A stretch of DNA of 63,187 nt, the filler included, from Nitrospinae bacterium RIFCSPLOWO2_12_FULL_45_22 (GTDB lineage: Bacteria; 2-12-FULL-45-22), in assembly GCA_001803565.1 (NCBI GenBank). It is 9 parts of 9 records of this genome, joined end to end, with 100 filler letters (N's around TTAATTAATTAA, not from the genome) between each part and the next. Parts side by side here need not be neighbours in the genome. Positions count along the whole stretch, not along the records: positions 42,920 to 49,585 come from MHDQ01000238.1; positions 49,686 to 57,320 come from MHDQ01000239.1; 7 more parts are not named here. The stretch is one strand, 5' to 3'. Numbering within the stretch: position 1 is the stretch's first letter; each line of letters starts with the position of its first letter. The notes below the pieces were generated by a model. The model worked only from the letters and a program-made list of their open reading frames with translations. It did not search any database and was not told the DNA's origin. Shown one piece after another: positions 48,026 to 57,420 of this stretch. A program made the position numbers and the translations under genes.

Positions 48026-49515
48026 CAGGCAATTTCCCTGGAGCGTCTTCCTCGACCAGTGATTTCCAGGACTTTCCGCATAAAAGAAAAAACGCCCGTC
48101 CCTTTACCGTACATGTATAATTCTTTCACCGGCTCATCTATTAACCTGGGGATAGAAGAAGGGACAAGGTCTTGATAGTTTCCGCTTCTCACCTTTGCCC
48201 GAATCCGGGCCTGGTAATATGCCGGTCGCATCAGTAGTTTCATTAATTTTTGACTATCCTGCTCCGAGACCCGCACTTTTAAGCCATAACAGTCTTCTCC
48301 TATGAGGAATATCTTATCATAGACCTCTTTTTCTTCTAGTGGGCGCTGGATATTATTATACTCAGAGATCTCTTTTAGGTAGCGCTCTACGGCCTCTTGC
48401 CAGCTTATGGATTCTTGCCAATTTATGGATTCTTGCCAGAGCTTTTCGCGAAACGGTGTAGCGAAGGCACTGGCTGCCAGGCTACCCACTGCCCCACAAT
48501 CCCTAATCGCGATAATAATATCCTGGACCGTTTCTACACCTGCCCCGCAGTATACTGGTAGCGCAGGATTAATCCTTTTAACTGCAGCTCCGGTTTGTTT
48601 AATTATTTCAGGCTTTTGCTGTACGATAGAAATTCCCTTGCCAATAAACTCATCCCACTCTACGGCAATAGCTATAGTCTTATAAACATGGTTTATTACG
48701 ACATGGTAAAAGTGTTCCTTTAACTTATCCCCTAGAATGTTGGAGATAGATTCTTTTAGCAGGGTCTGATACTTGGTGAAAGGAACCTTAAATTGTTCAT
48801 AGGCCATCCGGCAATCTTCCTTTTCCAGCAGTCCAAAAAAGATCTCCTTAAAATCACCCTGCTTAAAAGACCCCTTGGACAATCCTTCTGGGAATCTACC
48901 AAAGAGTCTTTCCAATTCTATATAGGATTTAACAGTCAATTTATCCAGGAGCTTCTGCCCAAAATCTTTATATACCTGATCCCTAAATTCCTGGCTGGTG
49001 AGCATTTTGGCTATTTCTGAGGCCGTTTCTGGGCCATCGGCACATATGACCAGATTAAGCCCAGCATCTAAGCCGGCCAGGATCGCGTCCCTTAAGAAGC
49101 GAAAGTCTTCTGGCTTATTATTGACTTCCCCGGTCTCCTTTTGCCGTTTTCCCGGATTATGCCCATATATCCGGTCTTCGTAGTGATTTATCAAAGTACC
49201 GTGGGCACCCAGATTAGCTAATGCCCGGGGGGTAGTAGAACCGGTCCAGCTCGCCCCTGGGGCTACCGGGTCTATGGATTGGCCAAAGACGTGGAAATAA
49301 TCAAAAAGCGCGGGGTCCTTACGTGCCAGACTATCTACTGCCTCGTGGATCTCTGCGTTATTTACGCAAACAATAAGGGGATGGCGGTAGACCTTAGCTA
49401 GTTCTGCCGCCGTGACTACATACTTACCGATCCTTTCACCGGTAACGATCTGTTTCAAGTTTATTATTAATTCTGGCCAATGTTGGTATGGCATCTTAGC
49501 TCCCCCCTTTTTCAT
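48025..49515 (-). CDS. Archaeal-type triosephosphate isomerase-like protein with large insertions
   Basis: IINLK, FGQSIDP, TG, GTLINHYE, AVEWDEFIGKG, YCGAG, GSLAAS follow the archaeal TIM motif order; 496 aa long. Confidence 0.7.
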   Translation of the reverse strand: MKKGGAKMPYQHWPELIINLKQIVTGERIGKYVVTAAELAKVYRHPLIVCVNNAEIHEAVDSLARKDPALFDYFHVFGQSIDPVAPGASWTGSTTPRALANLGAHGTLINHYEDRIYGHNPGKRQKETGEVNNKPEDFRFLRDAILAGLDAGLNLVICADGPETASEIAKMLTSQEFRDQVYKDFGQKLLDKLTVKSYIELERLFGRFPEGLSKGSFKQGDFKEIFFGLLEKEDCRMAYEQFKVPFTKYQTLLKESISNILGDKLKEHFYHVVINHVYKTIAIAVEWDEFIGKGISIVQQKPEIIKQTGAAVKRINPALPVYCGAGVETVQDIIIAIRDCGAVGSLAASAFATPFREKLWQESINWQESISWQEAVERYLKEISEYNNIQRPLEEKEVYDKIFLIGEDCYGLKVRVSEQDSQKLMKLLMRPAYYQARIRAKVRSGNYQDLVPSSIPRLIDEPVKELYMYGKGTGVFSFMRKVLEITGRGRRSREIA

Positions 49516-49693
49516 TGCTAGGAAAGGATTGACTTTTTAACTTATTTTGCTTTATTTTCTATTCTATCCTTTTAAAACAAAAGGANNNNNNNNNNNNNNN
49601 NNNNNNNNNNNNNNNNNNNNNNNNNNNNNTTAATTAATTAANNNNNNNNNNNNNNNNNNNNNNNNNNNNNNNNNNNNNNNNNNNNGCCTATTT

Positions 49694-49777
49694 TTAACCT
49701 CTCCTGTATTCCTGGTTTCCTTATCATAAGCACTTTCTCTCAAATACGTCACCGTAATTATGGATTAGAGCACTTAG
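49694..49777. repeat. 84-bp exact copy of 55472-55555 (right part of a MITE-like element)
   Basis: TTAACCTCTCC...GATTAGAGCACTTAG identical at both loci. Confidence 0.9.
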
Positions 49778-49887
49778 CTTACATTTTGCGCTTTGAACCT
49801 TTAGCTTTTCTTAAGTTGACTAGTCAGCCAAATATAGCAACAAAAATATACCTTGTCAACCTCGACTTTACCTCTTGTTACTACGGT

Positions 49888-50406
49888 TTAACCCCCATCG
49901 AGTAAGCCGCGCTCTTCCCATAGGAACCAGTTTCCAGTATCACTCAAATAGGTATAGGTATTTTGTAATAACTGAAAGTGCTGCTTTTCCTCACCAACCA
50001 GGAACTCAAAAAATACCTTCTCTTCAGAGGTAGTTGCTTGTTGGGCTAGTTGCTGGTAGAGTTGATAGCCTTCTTTCTCCGTATCCATGGCAATCCTTAA
50101 TGCCTCTAGCTCATCAGGATTGGCTTCGATTCTCCCTGCTACAGCATCTTTAACCGCTTCAAACAATCCCTTAACCCGCTCCCGGGGGCTTTTCTTCTGC
50201 TTCAGCCGGTCAATATCAATGCTTAGCGGTCCAGCCCCCTTCTTGAGCGATTGGAGGAGTTCCAGGTGTTCTTTTTCGTCTTGCATGAAGGCTTCGAACA
50301 TCATCTTACCAATGGGGTGTTTGGTCTTATCCTTGGCCTTACGATAAAACTCTATCCCATCCGCCTCATTCTTTATAGCCAGTTCTATTCCAGATAAAAT
50401 ATCCAT
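49888..50406 (-). CDS. Ferritin-like / rubrerythrin-family protein
   Basis: Two E...FY/LY...ExxH di-iron repeats (DEKEH, EEKQH). Confidence 0.88.
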   Translation of the reverse strand: MDILSGIELAIKNEADGIEFYRKAKDKTKHPIGKMMFEAFMQDEKEHLELLQSLKKGAGPLSIDIDRLKQKKSPRERVKGLFEAVKDAVAGRIEANPDELEALRIAMDTEKEGYQLYQQLAQQATTSEEKVFFEFLVGEEKQHFQLLQNTYTYLSDTGNWFLWEERGLLDGG

Positions 50407-50563
50407 TACTCCATTCTCCTTAAACTAATCATAAGCGTTCGGCCGTCAGTTGTCAGCAAGACTCGACTTACGCCTCACGATACCTGCTACTGACTTACAC
50501 TTTTTTAAATGCTATCTAGTATAACGTTTCATTAAAATGTTTCCAATGCGTAACCAAGTCTTT

Positions 50564-50648
50564 GCCACGAAGTCACAAAGACACAAAATTTCTAATTCAT
50601 TGTTTTTAAAGAAAAAAATAACTCTTTGTGCCTTAGTGCCTTTGTGGC
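50564..50648. repeat. Empty 9-mer-periodic inverted repeat pair of the GxxExxY-flank type
   Basis: GCCACGAAGTCACAAAGACACAAA matches the reverse complement of 50625-50648 at 20/24. Confidence 0.75.
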
Positions 50649-50689
50649 TAATACAAGTTTTTATTGTATACTTTTTTATGAAATGCTAT

Positions 50690-51928
50690 CTAGATGGCAC
50701 GCCGTTCTTTGAGTGAGGATATCATTTCCTGATCATAACCCAGCCAATTAGTAAGAATTTCAGTTGTATGCTGCCCCAGGGTAGGGGCTGGGGTCCGCAC
50801 CTTACCTGGGGTAAGGGAGTGTTTCCAGGGTATTCCCTGGAGCTTTACCCGTCCAGCCGCTGGATGATCTACCTCAGCTACCATCCCTCTTTCCTGGACA
50901 TGTTCATTGGTCAAGATATCCTTATGGCTCCAGATAGGTGCAGCCGGGATCTCGTTCTCTAAGAATATATTCATGATTTCCTCAACGGTCTTTCCCTTTG
51001 CCCATTGGGCAGTGAGTTGGTCAATCATCTCAGCATTAGCCCCCCGGTCTCGGACGGTCTTGCATCGAGGGTCAGCTATCAGGTCTTCCCGGCCCATAAT
51101 GCGACAGAACTTAGCCCAGTGGCTATCAGGCCCTATAATAATGAATATATACCCATCTTTGGTTTGGTAAGTATTGAAGGGGGAGACCGAAGGATGTCGG
51201 TTACCATTCCTTACCCAGTGATAATTAGTATGGGCCGCGGCCATCAGGCCAAAATCGCTCATATATACGGTATTGTCCAGCAGGCTTATGTCTACATGCT
51301 GTCCTTTGCCGGTCTCTTTGCGGTAAAGGAGGGCAGAGAGGGCACCTATAGCGGCCATCCAACCAGTACTATTATCCACAATGGCATTACCGGTCCTGAG
51401 GGGCATCTCCCCCGGCATGCCGGTCACATACATGATACCGCCCATAGCCTGGGCCAGAGGATCAAAGCCTGGTCTCTTATGATACGGCCCGTATTGACCA
51501 AACATAGATATAGAGATATAAACAATTTTAGGATTCAATCTCTTTATATCATCATACCCAACACGCCACCTGGCCATAGTGCCGGGTTTAAAGTTCTGGA
51601 TCAGCACATCTACCTTAGCAGCTAGGTCACGAAATATCTCCTGCCCTTCCGGATGGCGCATGTTTATGGTAATCCCTTTCTTGTTTCGATTGATGCTTAA
51701 GAAGTAGGTGCTGGTTTCCTGCGGTGGTTTCCCTTCTAAGAAAGGGCCTGCATACCTTACCAACTCTCCCTCAGGCTGTTCCACTTTAATGATTTCAGCC
51801 CCTAAATCAGCCAGCACCATGCCACACATCGGCGCCGTATGCATCCCGCCAATCTCCAATACCTTTATCCCCTCCAAAGGCCCTTTGGAATTATTAATTA
51901 CCTCTTTGAAAAATTCTTCCTTCTTCAT
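50690..51928 (-). CDS. Family III (CaiB/BaiF) CoA-transferase
   Basis: PLEGIKVLE, LADLGAEIIKVE, NRNKK, QNFKPG, catalytic Asp in GNAIVDNSTG. Confidence 0.92.
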   Translation of the reverse strand: MKKEEFFKEVINNSKGPLEGIKVLEIGGMHTAPMCGMVLADLGAEIIKVEQPEGELVRYAGPFLEGKPPQETSTYFLSINRNKKGITINMRHPEGQEIFRDLAAKVDVLIQNFKPGTMARWRVGYDDIKRLNPKIVYISISMFGQYGPYHKRPGFDPLAQAMGGIMYVTGMPGEMPLRTGNAIVDNSTGWMAAIGALSALLYRKETGKGQHVDISLLDNTVYMSDFGLMAAAHTNYHWVRNGNRHPSVSPFNTYQTKDGYIFIIIGPDSHWAKFCRIMGREDLIADPRCKTVRDRGANAEMIDQLTAQWAKGKTVEEIMNIFLENEIPAAPIWSHKDILTNEHVQERGMVAEVDHPAAGRVKLQGIPWKHSLTPGKVRTPAPTLGQHTTEILTNWLGYDQEMISSLKERRAI

Positions 51929-51931
51929 CTC

Positions 51932-52867
51932 CTACCCCCTTTCTTCTGCCTCCAAGAGGCGTTCGACTTCTATAGCGGCCCTACAGCCCGATCCTGCGGC
52001 TGTTACTGCCTGGCGATAGATATGGTCGTGGACATCGCCTGCCGCAAATACCCCGGGTATATTGGTTCTTGTACCATCCTTTAAAATGATGTAACCCATA
52101 TGGTCAAGTTCTATTTGGCCCCTAAAAATCTCGGTATTAGGGACATGGCCAATAGCCAGAAAGACACCCTCACAGCCTTTTTGGCTTAACTGATTAGTTT
52201 TTACATCTCTTAACTTTATAGCGGTTACTTTGCCTAGACCTGGGTCCAAAATATCCTCCACTACTGTGTCCCATATAAAACTAATCTTGGGGTTCTTAAA
52301 GGCCCGCTCCTGCATGATCTTAGAGGCCCGCAACTTATCCCGGCGGTGGATTACCCATACCTGTCGGGCAAATTTAGTCAGGAATAAGGACTCTTCCATG
52401 GCTGAATCACCACCCCCTACTACCACCACCACCTGATCCTTAAAAAAGAAACCATCACAAGTTGCGCAGGTAGATACCCCATGACCTAGCAGCTTCTTCT
52501 CAGATTCAAGCCCTAGCATTCGGGTTGACGCCCCGGTAGCGATGATAAGGGTTTTGCACCAGAAGGTTTCTTCGACCGCTTCAATGCGAAAAGGACGGCT
52601 TTTTAAATCAACCCTGGTAGCAGCCATAGGCCGTAATTGTGCCCCGAAATGCTGTGCCTGCTGTCGCATATTCTCCATCAACTCGGGACCCATTATTCCC
52701 TGAGGAAAGCCAGGATAGTTCTCTACTAAAGTAGTCAAACTCAACTGACCTCCTACCTCTACCCCTTCCATTATCAAGGTTTTGAGATTGGCCCGGGCGG
52801 TATAAATAGCTGCGGTCAGACCGGCTGCACCAGACCCCAAGATAATTACTTCCCATATTTCCCGCAT
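51932..52867 (-). CDS. trxB: Thioredoxin-disulfide reductase
   Basis: GSGAAG, GGQL, VENYPG, CATCDG, GGGDSAMEE, HRRD, FAAGDV...RQAVTAAG. Confidence 0.95.
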   Translation of the reverse strand: MREIWEVIILGSGAAGLTAAIYTARANLKTLIMEGVEVGGQLSLTTLVENYPGFPQGIMGPELMENMRQQAQHFGAQLRPMAATRVDLKSRPFRIEAVEETFWCKTLIIATGASTRMLGLESEKKLLGHGVSTCATCDGFFFKDQVVVVVGGGDSAMEESLFLTKFARQVWVIHRRDKLRASKIMQERAFKNPKISFIWDTVVEDILDPGLGKVTAIKLRDVKTNQLSQKGCEGVFLAIGHVPNTEIFRGQIELDHMGYIILKDGTRTNIPGVFAAGDVHDHIYRQAVTAAGSGCRAAIEVERLLEAEERG

Positions 52868-53095
52868 ATCTCTAACCCTCTAGAACTTGCTCTTTGACTA
52901 AACAAAGGCTATAATTTCTAGTGCGATTTTGCACAGAAAGGCCGGGATGGATCGGGTCTAATTCTATCATCAAAAGGGGGGATAAACAATCTAAGATTCT
53001 TCTCTAGCAGCTTAGATTACGGGTAAAAGTTTAGCCAATTAAAGGCTTCGCTCCATATTTGGGACACTTTATTTGGCTAAACAGTTACGATTACG

Positions 53096-53111
53096 TGGCA
53101 TGTTTATTGCA
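53096..53111 (+). promoter_or_regulatory. Sigma54 (-24/-12) promoter
   Basis: TGGCATG-TTTA-TTGCA with exact spacing; upstream palindrome TTTAGCCAA...TTGGCTAAA; a sigma54 activator gene lies downstream. Confidence 0.75.
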
Positions 53112-53281
53112 TTAGTCAATGATGTTAGTATAACAGTTTACCGCGTACACAGCAGATAATGCTGAGTAGTGGTGTCATCCATAACACATTTTAGTTGCAT
53201 AAATGCAACTGCTGCAACTTTCTCTGCGGGCTCGGCGGCGAACGGCCCCACTTATATAGAAAGAGAGGAGGCACAGAATAG

Positions 53282-53899
53282 ATGATAGACCGGGATATAG
53301 AAAACCTTACGCGCACTACTGCCTTAGAGAGATTTGCTATCTCTCGCTATGACGAACAGATACAGAAGATACCGATACCAAAGTTAAAGATGTTATTGCC
53401 TGGTATCAGGACTAATGAGGAAGGGCATGAAGCCCAGGTATTAAAGCTGGCACGGGCCCGCGACCAGGCTACCCAGATGGAGGATATTCCCCTCTTTACC
53501 CTAGATAAACCGCTGGAAGAAATCCTGGCTGGGGAGGGCTACAAGAGTAAGCCTGGCTTCAAAACTATATTGCAGGCCTTTTATCTGGACCTCTATTTTG
53601 AGAAGAATGCAGTAAAGCTCTACCAAAAATTTGCTGAAGACTCTGAAGACGAAGAGATCAGAAAGTTCTTTTTGGACACAACCCGCTCAGAACAGGGTCA
53701 TGTGAGGATCTTTAAGGAAGTTATTGATCAAATACACCGAAATCAGCTTGATATAGAGTTTTACTGCCCAGTATGTGGCTGGATAGAATCCTTTGGCCGG
53801 GAGCCTAACGTAGGCAATGTGGTCAATTGTCGCAAGTGCGGTATAAAGATCATACTTAAAGAGAGGGATGGAGATTTTTACGTAGAAAGAATGGAGTGA
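53282..53899 (+). CDS. Rubrerythrin-like di-iron protein with C-terminal zinc ribbon
   Basis: E...Y...NEEGH and E...LY...SEQGH; CPVC...CRKC. Confidence 0.8.
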   Translation: MIDRDIENLTRTTALERFAISRYDEQIQKIPIPKLKMLLPGIRTNEEGHEAQVLKLARARDQATQMEDIPLFTLDKPLEEILAGEGYKSKPGFKTILQAFYLDLYFEKNAVKLYQKFAEDSEDEEIRKFFLDTTRSEQGHVRIFKEVIDQIHRNQLDIEFYCPVCGWIESFGREPNVGNVVNCRKCGIKIILKERDGDFYVERME

Positions 53900-55311
53900 T
53901 CTTTATGGCATATAGCATCCTGGCTGTGGACGACGAGGAGACTATTCTACGGTCTATTTCTCGTAAACTTGATAAGGAGGGCTATCAGGTGGAATTGGCC
54001 CTCTCTGGTCAGGAAGCCCTAAGAAAATTACGGATTAGCATCCCTGATCTGGTCTTACTCGACTTAAAGATGCCTGGTCTGGACGGATTGGAGACCCTTA
54101 AGGAGATCAAAAAGATCGCCCCGGAGACTATTGTTATCATGATGACCTCTTACGGGACGATTGAGAGTGCTGTAGAAGCCATGAAACAAGGGGCTTATGA
54201 CTTTATCACCAAGTCCGTTACCCTGGATGATCTAAAGATTGTAGTACGCCGGGCCTTAGAAGTCTCTGAGCTGCGCGACCGAATAGATATCTTTCAGAGG
54301 CAGGAAGAGAAGAGATATTGCCTGGACAATCTTATTCGAGAAAGCCCGGCCGTAAAGGAAATTTATAGCACCTTACAGACTATCATATTAAATGATAAAG
54401 CTACGGTGCTGATTCAGGGAGAGACCGGTACCGGGAAAGAACATATTGCCAAGATCATTCATTATAATAGCAGCCGGGCTACCAGGCCCTTTGTAGAAGT
54501 TAATTGCTCGGCTATTCCCCAGGAGCTTTTTGAGAGCGAGCTTTTTGGCTATGAGAAAGGGGCTTTTACTGGTGCGGATCGGCTCAAAAAAGGGCAGTTT
54601 GAGCTAGCTAATGGTGGTACCCTGTTTCTGGATGAGATAGGGGATCTGGACAATCGGATGCAGATAAAGCTTTTGCGGGCATTGCAAGAGAAGCGTTTCA
54701 AGCGGGTAGGTGGTACCAGGGACATTCAGATTGATGTCCGGATCATAGCCGCTACTAACCGGGACTTGAAGAAGGCTATCCAGGAAGGCACTTTCCGTGA
54801 AGATCTCTATTTTCGATTAAAGGTGATACCGATAGAATTGGTTCCTTTAAGAAAGAGCCGGGAAGATATTATCCCCTTAGCGGAAAATTTTATTGTTGAG
54901 TTTAATAGAGAGTTCAAGAAGAATATCCGAAGTATGGACCAGGAGGTAAAAGAGGTCTTAATGAACTATCCCTTTCCCGGGAATATCAGGGAATTAGAAA
55001 ACATTATTGAACGGGCCATGATCTTTTGTTTTAAGGATAAGATTACTACTGAACACCTACCTAAAGATCTCCTCGAAGGCAGAGAAACGAGCTGGCCCAT
55101 AACCCCGGAGTCGGATGGAGGCAAGGCTATAAATTTACGGATAGAGTTTGGTCAGGAGACTTTGGGCCAGATCGAAAAATCCACTATTCATAAGGCATTA
55201 GAGAAGGCCAGAGGCAATAAGACTCTAGCAGCAAAATACCTGGGTATTACTCGGTTCGCCCTCAATCGGCGCCTCCAGAAATATCACCTAACCGCTCCTT
55301 TTTCCCTATAA
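53896..55311 (+). CDS. Sigma54-dependent response regulator (NtrC/AtoC family)
   Basis: VDDE, LDLKMP, GETGTGKE, GAFTGA, FLDEIG, FPGNIREL, Fis-type HTH. Confidence 0.93.
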   Translation: MIFMAYSILAVDDEETILRSISRKLDKEGYQVELALSGQEALRKLRISIPDLVLLDLKMPGLDGLETLKEIKKIAPETIVIMMTSYGTIESAVEAMKQGAYDFITKSVTLDDLKIVVRRALEVSELRDRIDIFQRQEEKRYCLDNLIRESPAVKEIYSTLQTIILNDKATVLIQGETGTGKEHIAKIIHYNSSRATRPFVEVNCSAIPQELFESELFGYEKGAFTGADRLKKGQFELANGGTLFLDEIGDLDNRMQIKLLRALQEKRFKRVGGTRDIQIDVRIIAATNRDLKKAIQEGTFREDLYFRLKVIPIELVPLRKSREDIIPLAENFIVEFNREFKKNIRSMDQEVKEVLMNYPFPGNIRELENIIERAMIFCFKDKITTEHLPKDLLEGRETSWPITPESDGGKAINLRIEFGQETLGQIEKSTIHKALEKARGNKTLAAKYLGITRFALNRRLQKYHLTAPFSL

Positions 55312-55314
55312 ACT

Positions 55315-55626
55315 TTCACCACAGAGTACGCAGAGGCCGCAGAGAAAAAATAACAAAGAATAGCCCCACCCAAATTATTTTTGAAGCTTAGTGCTTCATT
55401 TCATAAATACAGTTACGTATTATGCCTATTTTTTGCCTTCTTTTTTATTAGGAAACCAAGAGGCCAGGAAATTAACCTCTCCTGTATTCCTGGTTTCCTT
55501 ATCATAAGCACTTTCTCTCAAATACGTCACCGTAATTATGGATTAGAGCACTTAGGCGCTATTTATGAAGATTCGAAACCTATTGCCACTAATCATCTCA
55601 GCGTGCTCTGCGCCCTCGGCGGTAAA
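55315..55626. repeat. Three nested inverted-repeat elements
   Basis: Outer arms 55315-55344 / 55597-55626 (22/30); middle arms about 55388-55421 / 55521-55554; inner AGGAAACCAAGA...TCCTGGTTTCCT. Confidence 0.8.
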
Positions 55627-55629
55627 CAG

Positions 55630-56481
55630 TTAGATTTTCCTTATTCTCCTTATGCTGGCGAAACCAAAGGCTAGAGGGAGGAGGATAGTTATCGCCCCAA
55701 GCCAGAGTAAGTTCTTTTTTATAAACCCCGGTTCTTGCTTTAGTCTCTTTAATGGCCTTCCAGAGACCATTTCTAAGGCCTGCTGCGGACACCCCTCGGC
55801 ACACAATCCACAGCCAATACAAGCAGCTTGATCCAGTTGCCAATCCCCATCACTGCCGCTAATCGCCCGGCCTGGGCAGATACCAGCACAGCTCTGGCAG
55901 CTTATGCAGGCCACATCTTTTCTTATAGGGTAAAAAGGGCCGGCTTGCAAGGCCGCTTCAATACCATACTCGAAGCGCAATTTACGGGGCAGGCAGCAGC
56001 AAGAGCAGCAGCTACAAATGGCATAGCTATAGGGTGGTAAGCACCATTCAAAGGCCAGGAGCATGCCCCTCTTTACACTTTCGGTAACAATCTCTTTGGC
56101 CTTATCCTTATCAATCCTCTGCTTAGGTAAGATACCCTTATCTAGATAGACCTGCCCGCCGGTATTGATATATAAGCAAGTCATTAAGGGCCGGCTGCAT
56201 CTCGGATATAGCGTCCGGCAGGCACAATGGGAGACGGTAATATAGTTAGCCTGCTCCAATAATTCCAAGATTTCGCTCAGGGGTAAAGCCATACCAGTAT
56301 GATAATTGAAGCCATAAAAATTGATGATACCCTTCAAGAAGACTGACCCAAGGATAGGGATGCGGGTGAGGCGGGAGAGAAAATAATAAAATTCCAACAG
56401 GTCCAGGATATTAGAAAAATAGAGCCTCAGAAGGGATTTACGTTGGACTGAGGCATCATCCAATAAAGTCAGGTGTGCCAT
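55630..56481 (-). CDS. 4Fe-4S dicluster-domain protein with C-terminal membrane anchor
   Basis: CACR, ICSCCSCCC, CISCQSCAGICP, CIGCGLCAEGCP; hydrophobic C-terminus. Confidence 0.85.
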   Translation of the reverse strand: MAHLTLLDDASVQRKSLLRLYFSNILDLLEFYYFLSRLTRIPILGSVFLKGIINFYGFNYHTGMALPLSEILELLEQANYITVSHCACRTLYPRCSRPLMTCLYINTGGQVYLDKGILPKQRIDKDKAKEIVTESVKRGMLLAFEWCLPPYSYAICSCCSCCCLPRKLRFEYGIEAALQAGPFYPIRKDVACISCQSCAGICPGRAISGSDGDWQLDQAACIGCGLCAEGCPQQALEMVSGRPLKRLKQEPGFIKKNLLWLGAITILLPLAFGFASIRRIRKI

Positions 56482-56562
56482 TGAGTCAGTTCCTTCGCTT
56501 TGTTCAGGACGGTATTAGCAAAATCTGGCTAAAAATTGTTTGACTTCAGGGGTGCATTACAA

Positions 56563-56934
56563 CTAAGGGTTCTCATTTTTGTCTATCCTTCTGAGTCTTC
56601 CAAAATCTTCCAAAATTTTATTGATCAATGGTTTAATTCGTGGAATGACAGTTGTGATGGCATTCCACACAAGGTCATACTTTACGCCAAAATAGAAATG
56701 AATGAGCCTATCTCTCATGCCTGCCATATCTTTCCATGGAACCTGGTGATACTTCTGTTTAATGTCTTCGGGAATATTTTTGGTTGCCTCTCCAATAATT
56801 TCAAATTTCCTTATCACTGCGCTTGATCTCATATCGTCCTTTTTAAAAGTTTCCAAATCCACTCCTCTCACAAATTTTTCAATTGCTTCCATAGCCTCTA
56901 ATATGTCTTTCAAGTATAGTGTAGGATTTCTCAC
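56563..56934 (-). CDS. DUF86/HepT ribonuclease toxin
   Basis: YLKDILE, EIIGEA, VPW...MRDRLIHFY (Rx4HxY). Confidence 0.9.
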   Translation of the reverse strand: MRNPTLYLKDILEAMEAIEKFVRGVDLETFKKDDMRSSAVIRKFEIIGEATKNIPEDIKQKYHQVPWKDMAGMRDRLIHFYFGVKYDLVWNAITTVIPRIKPLINKILEDFGRLRRIDKNENP

Positions 56935-57233
56935 AGGTAAATCGCCTCCTTCAGGACATTTTCCCTGATCTCTTCCCTAATAGTATCAATAGGAACTATA
57001 TCCACCTTCAAATCGAGTTTCTCTTCAAGGAAGTTTGCAAGACCAACAAAGTCAAACAATGATGCCCCTTCAAGAAATCTCACGAGAATATCCATATCGC
57101 TACCCTCTTTTTGTTCTTCACGGGCATAAGAACCGAACACCCCGATAATATCAGCTTTATACTCTTTTCTTATCGGGCCCTCAAAATCTTTGAGGACTTT
57201 TCTGAGTCTTTCGAGCTCTTTATCTGGTTTCAT
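56931..57233 (-). CDS. MntA-type nucleotidyltransferase antitoxin
   Basis: GVFGSYAREEQKEGSDMDILV, KVDIV. Confidence 0.9.
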   Translation of the reverse strand: MKPDKELERLRKVLKDFEGPIRKEYKADIIGVFGSYAREEQKEGSDMDILVRFLEGASLFDFVGLANFLEEKLDLKVDIVPIDTIREEIRENVLKEAIYL

Positions 57234-57420
57234 CCTTTCTTCTCTTTTTTATGTGCTATCCGTTGTTTAGGGACTTACTATATTTCAATTACCCCAAATA
57301 TTAATATTGGGAAAGTTCATNNNNNNNNNNNNNNNNNNNNNNNNNNNNNNNNNNNNNNNNNNNNTTAATTAATTAANNNNNNNNNNNNNNNNNNNNNNNN
57401 NNNNNNNNNNNNNNNNNNNN

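Noticed and set aside
848-56968. Many short ORFs antisense to or overlapping well-supported genes (for example 922-1209, 9586-9879, 16141-16614, 51005-51625)
   Set aside because: Shadow frames of real genes with no motifs or RBS.
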